Assembly (NCBI GenBank): GCA_037447605.1
Contig: CM074805.1
Span: 4,373,361-4,437,360 of the forward strand
From: Zygnema circumcarinatum SAG 698-1b
Lineage: Eukaryota; Plantae; Zygnematophyceae
Length of the DNA stretch: 64,000 nucleotides
Reading direction: 5' to 3'
The position numbers and the translations under genes are program-made. The notes under the pieces were generated by a model, which saw nothing but the letters and a program-made list of their open reading frames with translations, did not search any database and was not told the origin of the DNA. Each line of letters starts with the position of its first letter. Position 1 is the first letter of the stretch. Below are positions 39,257-53,200 of the stretch, one piece after another.

Positions 39257-42200
39257 CTGTCAAAGAAATCAAAAGACACACAGCAAATGTAACAAAGGAA
39301 CAATTACATCAATGTGATCACACATATTTATGACGACGCCACAATTATCTCACAGAAACAGACGGTGACTGACAAAGATTCTCAGCATTTGGGTCAACTA
39401 CAATCATAGCGAGTAGAAACTGGACGGTACACTCTCATTAGATCAAAGAGCTTCAACCCTAACGGTATCCGCACCTACTAGGCAAACAAACCAGGGTATA
39501 ATCTGCACACGACCCTGTAACCAATATTGTAGGCACCAATTACAGCTTTTATACTTCAAAATCTGCATACAAACGGTTACCTTAAATTCCCTGAGTCTGG
39601 ATGCTTCTATCGTCAAGCCTTACCTACCCAAGAGATTTTCATCCTAAAGCTACACTGCAGACCATTCACCAGCAAAACCGACCAAAATCGTATACCATTT
39701 GCCACTTGACTGAAAACGAAGTCCATCGCTCACGCAGCATACATAAAAGGAAATGATTGCAGAGTAACAAGAGTGTGCAAAGCTCACAGAATCAGACAAA
39801 AATGCATGCTCACCCCAACACCGTCCCACATCGACCTTTGGTTGCAGCCTGACTGCTGAGATATCCAGCTCAGCTCATGCGATCCCCGTGAAAGCAGCTG
39901 TGAGAGGCCAACCTTACCAAGCACGGCCTGCTTATCGCTCTGTCCCCAACATGCATAACCTTGTGAATGGTTGCTAGATCAAAAACAAACTCAAATGTTG
40001 TCACTTCTACGCCTACAAACATTAGACCTAGAGGTCAGAATCGCGAGAGTAAGGAATTAAACTAACATCTTCGTTAAGCTTGTTTTAATTCCTTTCAATA
40101 TAGACCAGCTCACTAGATCCACATTTCTTCAATACGGTTGTCAGATGGCATATGCTGAAACTTCACCAGAACGGTAGCTCAAAGTAGAGAAATACGGTGC
40201 AAGTTTATCACCTTGCTTTGCTTGTGTTGGCGGGAGGACAGAGGCTGCTGAGCTGATTTCTGCGAAAAACACTTGAGAAGCAAATGCGGACAAAAATTCA
40301 GAGTTGCACAAACAGAGACCAATTGATAATTCTGCTTCCGTTCTGTATAGCTAGCGAAACCGAGAAGCATTCTCTTATCGATATCCAAGTCATAAAAAAC
40401 GGCTACTACAAATGCTGCTGACAAGCATGAATAAAACTTTTTCAAGTCTTAAGAATCAATGGAGAAAAGCCTTGGCTTCACCCGTCTCGCAACACGAGAC
40501 GACATTCGAATCACCACGCACAATCCTTTTCCAACCCAACTTTTGTTCACATACCAAAGTGTTTAGAGGGAAAAAAGAGTGTGCCAGAGAGCGAAAAAAG
40601 TACTTACAACACTTAGCGCAGGGTTCTGCCTCGTTAAAAGGGCCATGTTGTCAACATTAGAACTGCATTAGATATAATCTCGGTCACATAACTCGTCGCG
40701 ATGGTCTTCAATCATCCAGGTATGTCTAGAACATCAACAAAGCAAAATCAACTATACCCAATTCAATATACTAACAAAACCCAAAGCATCTATCCATCGC
40801 TTTCAAAATTTTAAGAAAAGGAGAATAAGACTCCTAGTGCATGCTTAAATTTCCAGAAGGCACCTTAACATAAACTCTCGGTGCAACCAACCCAGAATTC
40901 CCTGACCAAGCTCTTTTTGCTCAACAAAACATAGTGACAGGGAGAAAGCATGGGCCACAGAATGGCATAGCAAAGGGCCTATGTTTGCATGTGCAAATAC
41001 ATGGCATAACTCAGCAAAAGAAAAGTCCCAAATAAGTGACAGCGACTATTCGATCTTCACGAGAAAGTAAACATAAATGATTGAAAGAAAGTAGTTCGAG
41101 TAGATACGGCCAGGAACTCAAGCCTTGAAGTTATGAAAGTTCCATTGAAGCTACCGAGAGGAAAAAAATGTGTCGGGACAGCTTCGGTTCACTAGCACGA
41201 CGAGCTTTCACCCTACTGAAGCATACACACCGATGAGTTGTACTTCAGGCGCAAGTAAGAAATTAGAAATAACATAACTATTGTCAACAGGTTGTAATGA
41301 TAAACAGTCAGATGTGGTTTCCGCGCTCGACCATATGCTGCCGCAGCGACCGTTATTGCGATCCTTTTTCTTCCTCCCCTCGCTGAGCATTGCCTGACGC
41401 TATCTTTCTTTGACAAGATCATATGCTAAGCACCTATACCATTGGCTTGTCACCTACGAGGTGGCACGTTCTTCACAGTCAAAATACTAACAGATGCGTA
41501 CTATGCACTTGTTGCATCCATACGGCTTCAGGAAATTTTCACTCGCCAATAGTTTGGAAAACAAAGATACTATCACTTAAGAAAAGATTGCAGTGGGTTC
41601 TCTGATATTTCCGCACGCTTCTTCTTGCTACTTGACCTTTCTTTCCTATAGGTAGACATCTGACAAAATAACAAACGAGCACAATCTGAAGCACAAGTAA
41701 GTCAGCAAGCACGCCCATGGAACATACAACTCAGACCTAACCAGTATAGCTCCCCGTCCTCTGTTTATTGTTCCCTCATCAGAACAGCTGTCGTCGAACT
41801 CTACTACACCGACACTCAAAGCCGAGCTCTGCTTTTTCCCTGCAACTCATCCAACCTTCTCCACAAGAAACTCTCTTCCAGCTCCAAAACAAAACACGCC
41901 TTCTCCCTTCCTCACCACAACATCTTGACCAAACAAGCATTTAGTTCCCGAAGCTCGAATCGTCCCGCTTTTCCCTCAGTCTCTCACTCAAACCCCTCAC
42001 CTTGCACAGCCTTCAATCCCACCGAGAGGGCCGCTCGCGGAGTCCACCCCGCCCTCTGCCCTCACCTGAGCCCTCACCTGAGCCTCCGCGGCAGCAATGA
42101 CCTCAGGCGAGCTCCCGCAAGTCTCTGTCTGCCTGCACGCCTGCCTGCACGCCTGCCTGCACGCCTGCCTGCCTGCCTACAGGGAGGGAGGGAGGGAGGG

Positions 42201-42537
42201 CTCTGCCCGGAACCTGCACCGCACGCCACGTGGCAGCAACAACAACAACAACAAGCACCTGCACAACCATCGTCACGGAGGGTCGCGTCATGCTACGTCA
42301 TGCTACGTCACGCTAAGTCATGTCACGTCATGTCCTGTACGCAGTATCCCCGATTTCCGCAACTGGCTGCATGAAAGCGCGGTCGCGCCGTTCGGTTCGG
42401 GGCGGGCTCGGGGCTCCCGCCCTCCATCCCTCCCGCTCTCTCTCTCGCGGTCCCGGCCGGCGGTTGCGGACCGACCGACCGACCGACCGACCGACTGACC
42501 GGAGGGAGGCCCTCCTCCCTGTACGGCAGCAGGCTGG

Positions 42538-42594
42538 TACAGTACAGTACAGTACAGTACAGTACAGTACAGTACAGTACAGTACAGTACAGTA
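42538..42594 (+). repeat. TA(CAGTA)11 microsatellite abutting a MITE end
   Basis: 11 exact CAGTA units at 42540-42594. Confidence 0.95.
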
Positions 42595-43322
42595 CAGTGG
42601 GGGGTCCTCATATTTTCGCCATGGTATTGGCCAAAAAGGGGCGAAAATATTGATTTTGCAAATATAAGGTTCGTGCTACCAATAGGCTTTCGGTAACATG
42701 TTAGAGTTCATGTTTGTCCGTACGTATCGTATCGTGTAATATCGTATCGTATCGAACCATATCGTCCAATATCTATCGTACCGTTCCGTATCGTATCGTC
42801 CAATATCATGCCGTATCGTACCGTATCGTACCATATCGTACCGTATCTATCGTACCGTGTCGTATCGTATCGCATACACGTAGTTTTCCGCTCTTCGCGT
42901 TGTTTTTCTCATTGATGATGCTATAATTATCAATAGTGGAAGAGCACACCCATGATGAAATAAATGAGTGAGTTAATATTAGGCTGGGGGTTGACGGGCT
43001 TCCACGGCAATGAAACAAAACGGGTGCCTTGTGCGACTTGGAAGACGCTCAATACCAAACCACCACTTAAAGTCAATATGCTTGCCGTGTAGATGGTTGA
43101 TGTGGATGGTATATGGAGCAGACGAGGAGAGGAGCGAGCGCCTCTTACGGCGGACACCTGTGGGAAGATTCTACAACTCGTACGGCTAGTACGAATAGTA
43201 CGGACAGTACGAACAGTACGGCTAACATTGAGTTACCGTACAAAAAGGTGGTTTCGGCAAAATCGGGGCGAATTTCTTGGGAGCGCACTGTACAGGGTGG
43301 AAAATATGAGGACCCCCCACTG
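42595..43322. mobile_element. Tc1/mariner-type MITE (728 bp)
   Basis: Perfect 23-bp TIRs CAGTGGGGGGTCCTCATATTTTC (42595-42617 and 43300-43322) with a TA target-site duplication (42593-94, 43323-24). No transposase ORF. GTAC/GTATC-rich subterminal arrays. Confidence 0.9.
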
Positions 43323-43399
43323 TACTGCTGCTGCTGCTGCTGCTGCACGGCGGCGCCGGACTGCACCGCGGGGACATCAACTGACGAGCGAACATGGCA

Positions 43400-43525
<126 letters not shown>

Positions 43526-44245
43526 AGGCTTGCATGCATGGGCATAGACAAGGGCATGCATGCCATGCCCAAAGGAGCAGAGCAGAGCGTATGATGGAAC
43601 AACGGGCTGCTGCACGCATGGGTGCGCGCGATGGATGGATGGATGGGAGGGCATGCCTGCCGTGCCGCATGCGCATGATATGATCGGATGGGGGGGGCCA
43701 TGCCATGTGTGCCATCGCGCCGCGAGCGATGATCGGTCCCGTCTGTTGTTGGTTTTGGCGCTGGCCGGCTGGCCGGCCATTGAGGTCGCTCGCTCGCGGG
43801 CGGTCGATCGGTGGTCGATCGATCTGCAGATGGGATGATGGTGGATATGGCAATGTGAATGTGTGCGGCCGCGCAACGCAACGCAACGCAACGCAAGATG
43901 CTGACTGGCCGGCCGCGCCGGTCCGGCCCGCCTGCAGCAAGCAACATGGCAACTGCTCCGTATGATATGTTGTTGGCTGCCTCAACCATGCTGCGGCTAT
44001 CTGCCTCCTGCTGCTGCCGCTGCCGGCAGGATGCGGGCCTGCAGCAGGGGGGGATTCCGGGAAGGCCTGCAGGGAGGCCCGAGGGAGGGGTTGCGGGAGA
44101 GAGTGGAGGGTGTTGGAGGCCGGGAAGGGTAGGGAAGAGCGGCATGCACTGGATGAGAGGAGGGTGAAGGATAGTAGGTAGGGCTTGAAGAGTGGGCGTG
44201 GAGGGGCTGAGCAGGGCTGGGAGTTTGAAGAGAGAAATTGAGGAG

Positions 44246-47200
44246 ATGGAGTCGGAGGAGGAAGCCATGCCGCTGCAGCAGGGCATGGACAATCAAATGT
44301 CGAAGAAAGTGACAAAGCAGAAGAAAACTCCATATCAGAAGGAAGTGCTTGAGCAGACCTATGCAGGTATCTTTTTGCGCATTATTCGGTTTTCCGGTTT
44401 TTTTTATTTTCATTGTTTCTTTTACGGAACGATATGCTGTATTCCGTGGCCACTTGTCCTGAAATAATAATAGGTGAATACCCCTTCTTTAAAGGTGATG
44501 AAGTAGGGTGATTTCGTTCGACTTGGACATGTGCAATACACTTATATTTGGAGCAAACATGTTATTCACGTTATTTTATAATGATCATAGTTTTTAAAGC
44601 ATCTTTTCCTTTCTGCTCCCCCCTTTTTTCCTTCCTTCATGTTCGTAAGAGGCCGGTGGAAGGCCATTGTACTGCTATGTTAGAGTCTGTTCTGTCAAAT
44701 TACAGCTTTTCCTTCTACTATGCTGTTTACTCTGGAAATAGATCAGAATAGGGAGTGTTCTGTGTCTTCGCGGATCTTGATTTCGTCTCCACTTCCAGTA
44801 TCTGCTAATTGCGAAGAATTTCAATTCCCGCTCTTAATTTCTTGCGGAGTTGAACTTTGGCTGCAGCAAATAAGTATCCTTCTGAAGCAATGCGATTTGA
44901 GTTAGCCACGAAACTGGAACTTTCAGACAAACAACTCCAAATGTGGTTCTGTCATCGCCGTCGCAAGGATAAAGTTGCAAGAGAGGAGGCAGCAACTGCC
45001 GCAGCCTCTCCCTGTAGCCCCGGGGAGATTCCTCTTGGAACCGATAAATATGCTGCAGCCGTACTGCAAGCGGGGAGAGGTAAACGGAAGGAGATTAAAG
45101 TGGAACCTAAAGCAGCAGAAGTGCACCCAAATCATGTGGAAGACGGAGTTGACGAAGATATTCCGTTATCAGCACAAGGTTACGCTGCTGCTGTTTTGGC
45201 AACTGAACGTGGTGACTCTGCATTACGGAACGAAAAGGACTATGATGCTTTTGGTGATGTTTACAGTGATTTCTCGCCGATTCGAGCCCCTTCAATCAAA
45301 CGTGCTCACAAGAAATCGTTGACAGACGAGAGAGAGGCAAATTTCAAGCCAGCGAAGCAACCCCGACTCAGCCTGAAAGCAGGCGGCAGAGAGCAAGAGC
45401 CTGCATTGACTCAACCCCAAATTCCTAATGGTGAACCAAGGAGGGTGTTGGAATGGGAGGAGGTTCACAGACGAGTACCTTCAGTAGGAGCTATCGCAGT
45501 CTCCAAAGCCTATAGCGAGAATGAATTACACGGAGGGCGCTTTCTCAAGCAGGGTGTTGGTAATAGCAAGTCCTTGCGTCTTGAAACAACACCAGAATGG
45601 ACCCATCCAGTTGAGAAAGCAAAGGATCCAAACTTTGCAAGTGTTTCAACTGGGCCTTTGGTTACTATAGCCAAGATGGGCGTGGATAGCATGGGAGCTC
45701 GTGTTTGGAAAAATGACACGTCTGCTGGTCCGAGTGATGATGAAGGGGATTCGTCTAGAGGGCTATCCACTAGTAGGAGTCCCGAGGAGGAAAAGTTGGG
45801 AGCAACTATGCAACTGCAAAACCCTGCATGGCACGGGGATCCTCTTGTTGGTCATGGTGTACCACTGATGGGAATTTCTAGACCAGATTCTCTTGTCAAA
45901 CTTCCGCGGGTAAAGCTTCCAAGAGTCAAACTCCCCGGAGGTGGATTTAACTCCCGCCAAGTTGTTGGTTTCGTGAATGAAAGCGAAGCTGTTGGCATGG
46001 CCACAGTGGAGCCACCACGTCCTTCATCGGCAGAACCGTCAGTACGGAAGCGAAAGTTTGAGACATCTGGGGATTACAGAAGGATAGACAATGACCCGAT
46101 GAAACATCCTTTTGCAGTGGTTGAACCAGGAAGTGCACTGACAGGTAACTTTCGGATGTGTCATTGTTGCTGCATGTTCTTTCTGAGGTAATGGTTCAAT
46201 GGGAAGATGATATGTAAACACTAGCGTTGTGTTAAAATGATTTGTACAACTTTGAGATTTTAAATGAACGTGGCATGAAACCACGTATTGAGTCTGCCTT
46301 GTGTGTCTCGTCATGGTTTCTTAGGTGTAAACAAACAGCGGAAATTGTTCAAGGCGAAGGAAGGGAACAGCGATACCGTCGGGCACATCTCACATGATTT
46401 ATCGAAGTTGAAGCCGGAAACTGAGGTGAGGTTCGCAAGAACGTTTTCATGCTTTTCAATTTAAACGAGTGTCAGGCTTTTAGGAGTGTCAAGTAATAAT
46501 TTTGCTAGGGATAGTGGCCATTTTGTGATACCTTCTCTGTTGGAATCTCCATAATGCCGGCAGGGCGATCGATTCCTTGTCCTTAGATAGAGGCACTGTA
46601 TCAGTCTCTGAGTCCACTAAGTGCGAAAATTCGGTGTCTTGTATGATATGGCAGATGGAAGGAGGCCTTTGGGTCGGCTCTCATGCAAATCATAGTGTTC
46701 AGAAGGAGTTTGTTTCAAGAGACTCGGGCAGCTATTGGGAAACGGAAGAGCCCCCTCTCAGCCTTAGCCACTCCTCTTCTGCGTCGGAAGATTCTTCAGG
46801 CGAGCCGAAACTGTTCAGCTCGCAAGAACGGGATCATATTGACAATGAAAATGGGGCCATTGGATGGCCTGCACATAGCCAACGTCATGATGAGCGAAGT
46901 CCTGATCGATTCAGTGAAGGGGAGGAATATGAGACTGCAGCTGACTTCAGTAGTGACGCTCCTCTCAAAATCTATGGTGGCTCTGAAATTCGTCCGATAT
47001 TGCCACTGACTGTCAGCCTAGGCCATAGGGGGAGGGGGGGAAGGGGCAACTTTTTCCCCAGAGTTAGTCAGATAACAGGGGCAGTAGGCCGAGGGAGAGG
47101 CAGGGGTCGTGGTAGAGGTCGTTCCCACCTTGAACATGCAGAGGACTTAGAGCTGCAAGAAGCATTGCAACGGGAAGCACTCGCAAGGGCTCGAGCAGAA

Positions 47201-50200
47201 GCTGCAGCTGCTCAGATTGAAGCACACCAAGCAGCGTTGGATGCTCTTCAGGCACGGAAAAGGGCAGCCATTGCGGAAAAGCTGAGAGCAATTGAAATGG
47301 AAGAGCAAGCTAAGCTCGAGCGCAAGAGGCAGGTGTGTATTTGAGTCCATGCAGAGATGTGGTTGAGATATAGCTATTCCACATTGTTCACAGGCTTTTT
47401 GTTCACGTCGATCAGCTTGCTTCACACGATGTCAGTGCATCAGCAAAGTTCTGATGGCCTTAGCTGGGTAGGGCAGATGGATGAAGCCAGGATTCAGAAG
47501 GAGCTTGCATTGCGAGAGAGGAGGTTGAAAAAGGAGGCTGAAAGGGAAGAAGCTGCCACAGTGAAGGTAAGGGTTCGTTTTGGAGGCCTGGTCCACATGA
47601 AGAAAAGGCATAACGCCGTAATGAACAAACCGAAATGTAGCCGTCTGATAAGCAAAAAATTGTGATCAGATTGTGTCGCTGGCCAAATTTCATTGCCTTT
47701 CTTCCACTTTCGTGACATACAAAGCTGACCAAGAATCACATTGAAGTGAACTTATGAACAATGACGGGGTATTGTCCTTGGCTACACAACGATAATACTT
47801 GAAGGTACTTAAATATGGCGTGTATGGGGATGCAGAGACAGGAACTTCTTGCCCGAAAGGCTATGGAGAAAGCAAAAAAGGATCAGCGGAGAGAAGCAGA
47901 AAGGCTTGCCAGGGAACGTGCAAAGGAGCAAGAGCGTTTCGAGAGGGAGCAGATTCGTGAATTACAGCGCTCCGCGAAAGAGCGTCAAAAGGAGGCTATA
48001 AGGGTATGAGAAGTCTAGTTTGCTAAATGTTTTAAAGTCCGCAGCTCCTTCTGCTGTCATTTTATAGTTGCTTTCTTATTTCGGAGAACAATTTGGAACA
48101 ATACCTCATTACAAATGTCTGCACCATTATGGCAGTTTTACAGCGAATTAATGCCATTTAATACTTCCGGTCTTCCTTGACAAACTGAACTAGGATATGT
48201 TTGTACTAGGACTGTTCTTGTGGAGATGTCGATATCCTCGGGTTTGGAACTGGTTTCTAACTCACACATGATATTGAGAAATTCATATGAGGCCGAGGAA
48301 GACTTTGGAGAGAGATATATATGCTGGATAAGTGGCTCAAATAGGAAAACCATTTTGGCATGGCTGTTTTGAGCCCCTGGAACAGGAAGAAAGGCGTCAA
48401 GTGAGGGATGAACGGCGGAAAGTAAAGCAAGCTGCCAAGGAGAAGCTGGCCCAAGAGAGAGCTCTGTCGAGGAGGGTAGCGAGAGGGAGGGCTGAGCTCA
48501 TAGATGACGAGGAGTTGGAGCTTCTAGAAGCAGCGCAAATGCAAATGCTTGACCTGCCCAATGCAGAACCCATGGAGCAGCCGCAAGGTCTGTGGCGACT
48601 ATGTTTCATCTAGTTAGACTGCGTTAACGTTAGTTAGTCAACGCTCAAGTTCTCTGCCGCGTGAATCATTTTTTTCCTGCATTCATTGCCCACCTTGGCC
48701 AATTTTGTTCGATTGTGATGACGACTTATTGTTGTGTGAGCAGTGCTGTGCTCGCTTTTGTGTCAACGTCTACTTCTCGTCAAACGAAATTGCAGTACTG
48801 TCCTGGCAGCATTTTTTAGAGAAGTACAGCGCGAATTTGGTGCTGTTATGCAGTTAGACCATGACTGTAGGTAACGGAGTTTCTGACTTATGCACGCTGA
48901 CGCAAATGGGCATCGTTTTCTGCAGCTGTTTTGAAGCCATTCCCGCCCAAGTCGGTGACTATGAAGAGAGTTTTGGCTTTGTCAGAACGGGACATATCTG
49001 AGGTGGCAGTCGACAATCTTGTAACTGTGAGTGAGCTTTTTTGCCGGCTTCTCTCTGTTGAAATCACTTTAAGTTGGTTTTGGTCCGTTCCTTGTATTAC
49101 ACTGTTCTTTCCCAGTCCTTCCTCGTCAGAGACTTGAAGCTAGCTCTTGTTTGGGATGCTCTATTTGGCTTCTCCTTTCTTCGGGAGAGATAATTTGCTT
49201 GCACTCTTTTGCTTCCTATTTGGAAGTGCCGCATGTAGGTCAATACCCAACATGAATCCGACCCCCTTTCTAGCCTTTATGCATTGCAATTATATGTTGA
49301 ATTTGGGATTTGGGCTTTCTTACCATTCGTGCAGGCATGGAACTTTTGTACCACCTTCTGTGACGGCCTCCGATTGTGGCCCTTCACTTTGGACGAGCTT
49401 GCACAAGCTTTACAAGACCCTGTAAGCCTAGTTGCTTACGCTCCTTTTTTTCTTTCTTTTTGGGGCAAGGCAGGAAAGAATTTTTCATATATTGGACTAT
49501 CCTGCAGTAGAATTAATTGGGCTCATTATGGCGTAAAGACAGGCCTGTGGAGGCCCTTCCTTAGTCATGAACTGGACACTGACAAAATGATCATGAAATG
49601 ATGTGATGCCTCGTTGGATTCCCTTTGTGCTGAGAATTTGATGAGATACTGGATATCTGCAACTTCTGACAGCATTTTGTTGGACTTTCTATTCGTAAAG
49701 GGTGCACTCCTTGCACTCCCCTTCACTCCTTCTCCTAAACAAGCATAGTGAAGGCTCCATTGATGGGAAAACTGAGGTGGATTGCAGGAGTCTCGACTCC
49801 TTGGCGAGGTCTATGTGGCCCTTTTAAAAGTGCTTGTGCGAGATGTGGTAGCGGCTTCAAAAGCAGCCGCGAGTGCTGTTGGGGCCCCCCTTCATCCAGT
49901 CTTTGAAGGAGTATGTCCAGGGCTTCTTTTGGACATTGTCTTTCCTTTTTGCTAACAATAATCACGCGTTGTGTCGGTCCAAGCAAAGGGGTGATAAGGT
50001 TTGGATAATCACCATCAACTGTTTGCTGTCCTGAATACGAGTGCTGCTAATTCGAGTATTGGGGCTGCACATGCAGGTCCTTGCATGGGGGTTTGATGCC
50101 AAAGTGTGGCAGAAGCATCTGAATGTGCTGACGTGGCCCGAGATTTTGCGCCAATATGCTCTTGCTGCTGGTTGGGGCCCTCGGCTTCTGAAGAAGGAAT

Positions 50201-53200
50201 CAGTGAGAAAAGTTGAGGAAAAGGCGGAGGTAAATTTCAGACTAACTGAAAAAGCATGTGTGTCCATGTAGGCTTCTTGGCTCATCTGTCGATTCAGACG
50301 TTATATGGACTATGTCATTTGCAGAAAAAGCAACAACAGTTGTAGCCAAGCAATACCTTGTTCCTCTGACGTAAAGTAGGGGTCACCTCCTTATTTCCAA
50401 CTACCTTTGAATCTCTCTCTGTTTTGGACTTACAGGTGAGCGATACGGAGGCTCTGGTCGATCAGATAAGGTCCGGAGCAGCTGCAGAATTAGCAGCACT
50501 TCAAATGTTAGGGAGACGAGGTCGATTCTCCCTCGTCCATGGCTGCCTTCCGTCTCGCCTTACTCCCGGCACTGTCAAATATGCAGCCTACTTTGTTCTC
50601 GCAGTAGAGGGACCAAAAGGGTTATCTGTGCCTCAAATTGCAGATCGCATTCAGGTGAGCCTAAAAACTCTTGAAGGTGTCTTTTCCCCCGTCTCAACAA
50701 CCTCTTCATAAGCAGTGACTTAGGGCTTTGAAACCCCAAAAACATGGCCGTGTCTCATGTTGAATTATGGCAATCCTGTAGGCATCGGGTTTGCGAGACT
50801 TGAAAACAAGCAGAACCCCGGAAGCGACCATCCATGGAGCATGTTCCCGAGACATTCTCTTTGCGAGAACAGCTCCCTCCACCTATTGTGTGAGGCCCGC
50901 TTTCAGGAAAGACCCTGCAGAGAAGGAGAGCCTTTGGCGGCTGGCGAGGGAGGAGATTGAGGCGATGGGAGGGGCAAGCAACTTTGCAGTGGAGGAGGAG
51001 GAGGCAGCAGCAGAAGACTATGTGGAGGGAGCAGGTTTTGAAGAGATAGCGGGAGAGGCTGAAGGAGCCGCACCTTGGATGCCCGTCTCAGAAGCAGCCC
51101 ACGAGTCAGTTGAAGGAGTGAGAGGAGGAGAAGACACTGGAGAGGCAGTGAGAGGGGGTGTTGGTACGGAAAGGGAAGATTTGAAGAGCACGAATGGAGA
51201 GACGGTTGAGATCAAGGCGGTGGAAGAGCAAAAACAGGCTCTTTCCTCCCTATGGGAGAATAAGGAAGAGATGGCTGAACAGGTGGTTCAAATAGACAGT
51301 TCGGAGGTTCCCAAAACATTGGTGATTGACCAGGGTCTCACTGTCAAACAAGAAACGGTTTCTCGGTTACCTGCAGAGGAAGAGGAAGAGACATTCGAAG
51401 GAGACGGTGTTAAAATTGATGAAGAAAATGTGGGAGAGCTTTGGATACAAGCCCTCGGGGAGATAGAATTCAGAGACCTCAGTGTGGAGGAGAGGATGAG
51501 AATTTTGGACCTCCTAGTGACAGCAGCTAACGAGAGTGGCACTGTTCGGGCTGCTCTGGAGGTTTGCATACCACCCATCCGGCTATTCATTTTGATTTTT
51601 GACTTTTGATCTTGTGGTTGTTGCTTAAAGGAGACTTTTTTGTAGCTTTAACTGTTATCAAGAATTCAATTCATGAAGCAGCAACTATGTCTTTTTTTGC
51701 CAAATCGAACCTCTATTGAGCTGAGCTGTTTGGAATCATGAAACAGCTTCCAAAACTCATCACCAGCACCGAAAATAAAAAATGAAAAATAAGCTTTATT
51801 TGAGACTGGGAAGGATTTGGGTTTTGTTTCAGGAGCGACATGAGGCTATGGATGCTTTGCGGCAGCAAATACGTTACGAAACTCGCAAGGAACGCAAGCA
51901 ACAAAAGGACGAACTTATGGCTCAGCTGCAGACTGTCACAGGGGGGAGCAAGGTAGGAAGAGAGGAGACACCCCCTAATAACCAGTTAACCAATGCAACT
52001 GAGACACTACCTGGAAACCTGACTGAAACTATGGCTACTGAGAGCGAGCAGATGAAGCTAGTGAAGGTGGAGGTAGAGGCGGCCCCGGGAGGGGGAGAGG
52101 CTCTGACTGTAGCTGAAGCAGAAGCGAGGGTTGCAATCAACTTAGCCGCCGATAAAGCAGTAGCTCTGCTGAGAGAGGCAGCAGCACGAGGCGAATTGAT
52201 GTATGAGATGAGGAAGAGGCCTTTGGGGAGAGATCGTAGGCGGAATATGTATTGGTGGTTGGTTCCCTATGGGGCAGCTCCTGGTGATCCAAACCTTGGG
52301 CGTATCTTTTTTCAGTCAGCTGAAGGCAGTTGCTGGCGAGTCATTGACTCCGAGCAGGTGGGTTTTCACCCTTCCAGATGGGTTAGTATCTTTGGGTAAA
52401 ACAGTGTGTGGCGAGAGCTAGAATCCTATGTATGCCACATACCGAATAACGATTTTCGGAAATTTGTATTCGTAAAAGAAATTCTTGATGCTCCGGTCGC
52501 TTTTTGGCCTCTGCTAGCCTTGCAATAGTTATTTTTGTTCGGATGACAATTTTCTGTTTGTCAATGCAGGTATTTGATGCACTACTTCGTGCTTTAGATC
52601 CTCGCGGAGCACGCGAAGCTGTGTTGCATGCAACTTTGAAGGCCAAAGAGAACATATTACGCAGAGCTATGAGAGATGCAGCCGGTGATTCGGCTGTAGA
52701 CGGGACTCCATCTCAAGAGAATCGGGAAGATGAGAGGCATAGCTTTAGTGGTGCAGCAGATGGAGGTGTTTCTGCCCCTAATGACAGTGAAGCAGCTGCT
52801 ATTGACTTGAGACATTGTGATGTAGAGAACTCGTTTCAGAGGTTTCACGAATGGGAGCAGTGGGTTTGTACAGCAGTCACGCGCGCCCATAAAGGGGAGT
52901 ATGCAGTGGAACGGAGGGTAGCTCACTTAAGTGGCTCCGGCAGTACTAATGCAGAGAGTCTAAGGGTGATGTTTGGTCGCTGTAAAGAATGTCAGGAGGT
53001 GCTTGTGGATGAGGATGAACTGCACTGCCCACATTGTCATCAAACATGGGATAGGGAATCGAGGAGTAACGATCAGCATGCAGCGCACATGGAGACCTGT
53101 GAGAGCGGTTTGGATGGGAATGGGAGAGTGGCTGATACTCGCCAACTCCCCTTACAGCTGAAGTTGGTGAAGGCTGCAATCGTGGACATTGAGGTAGAAC

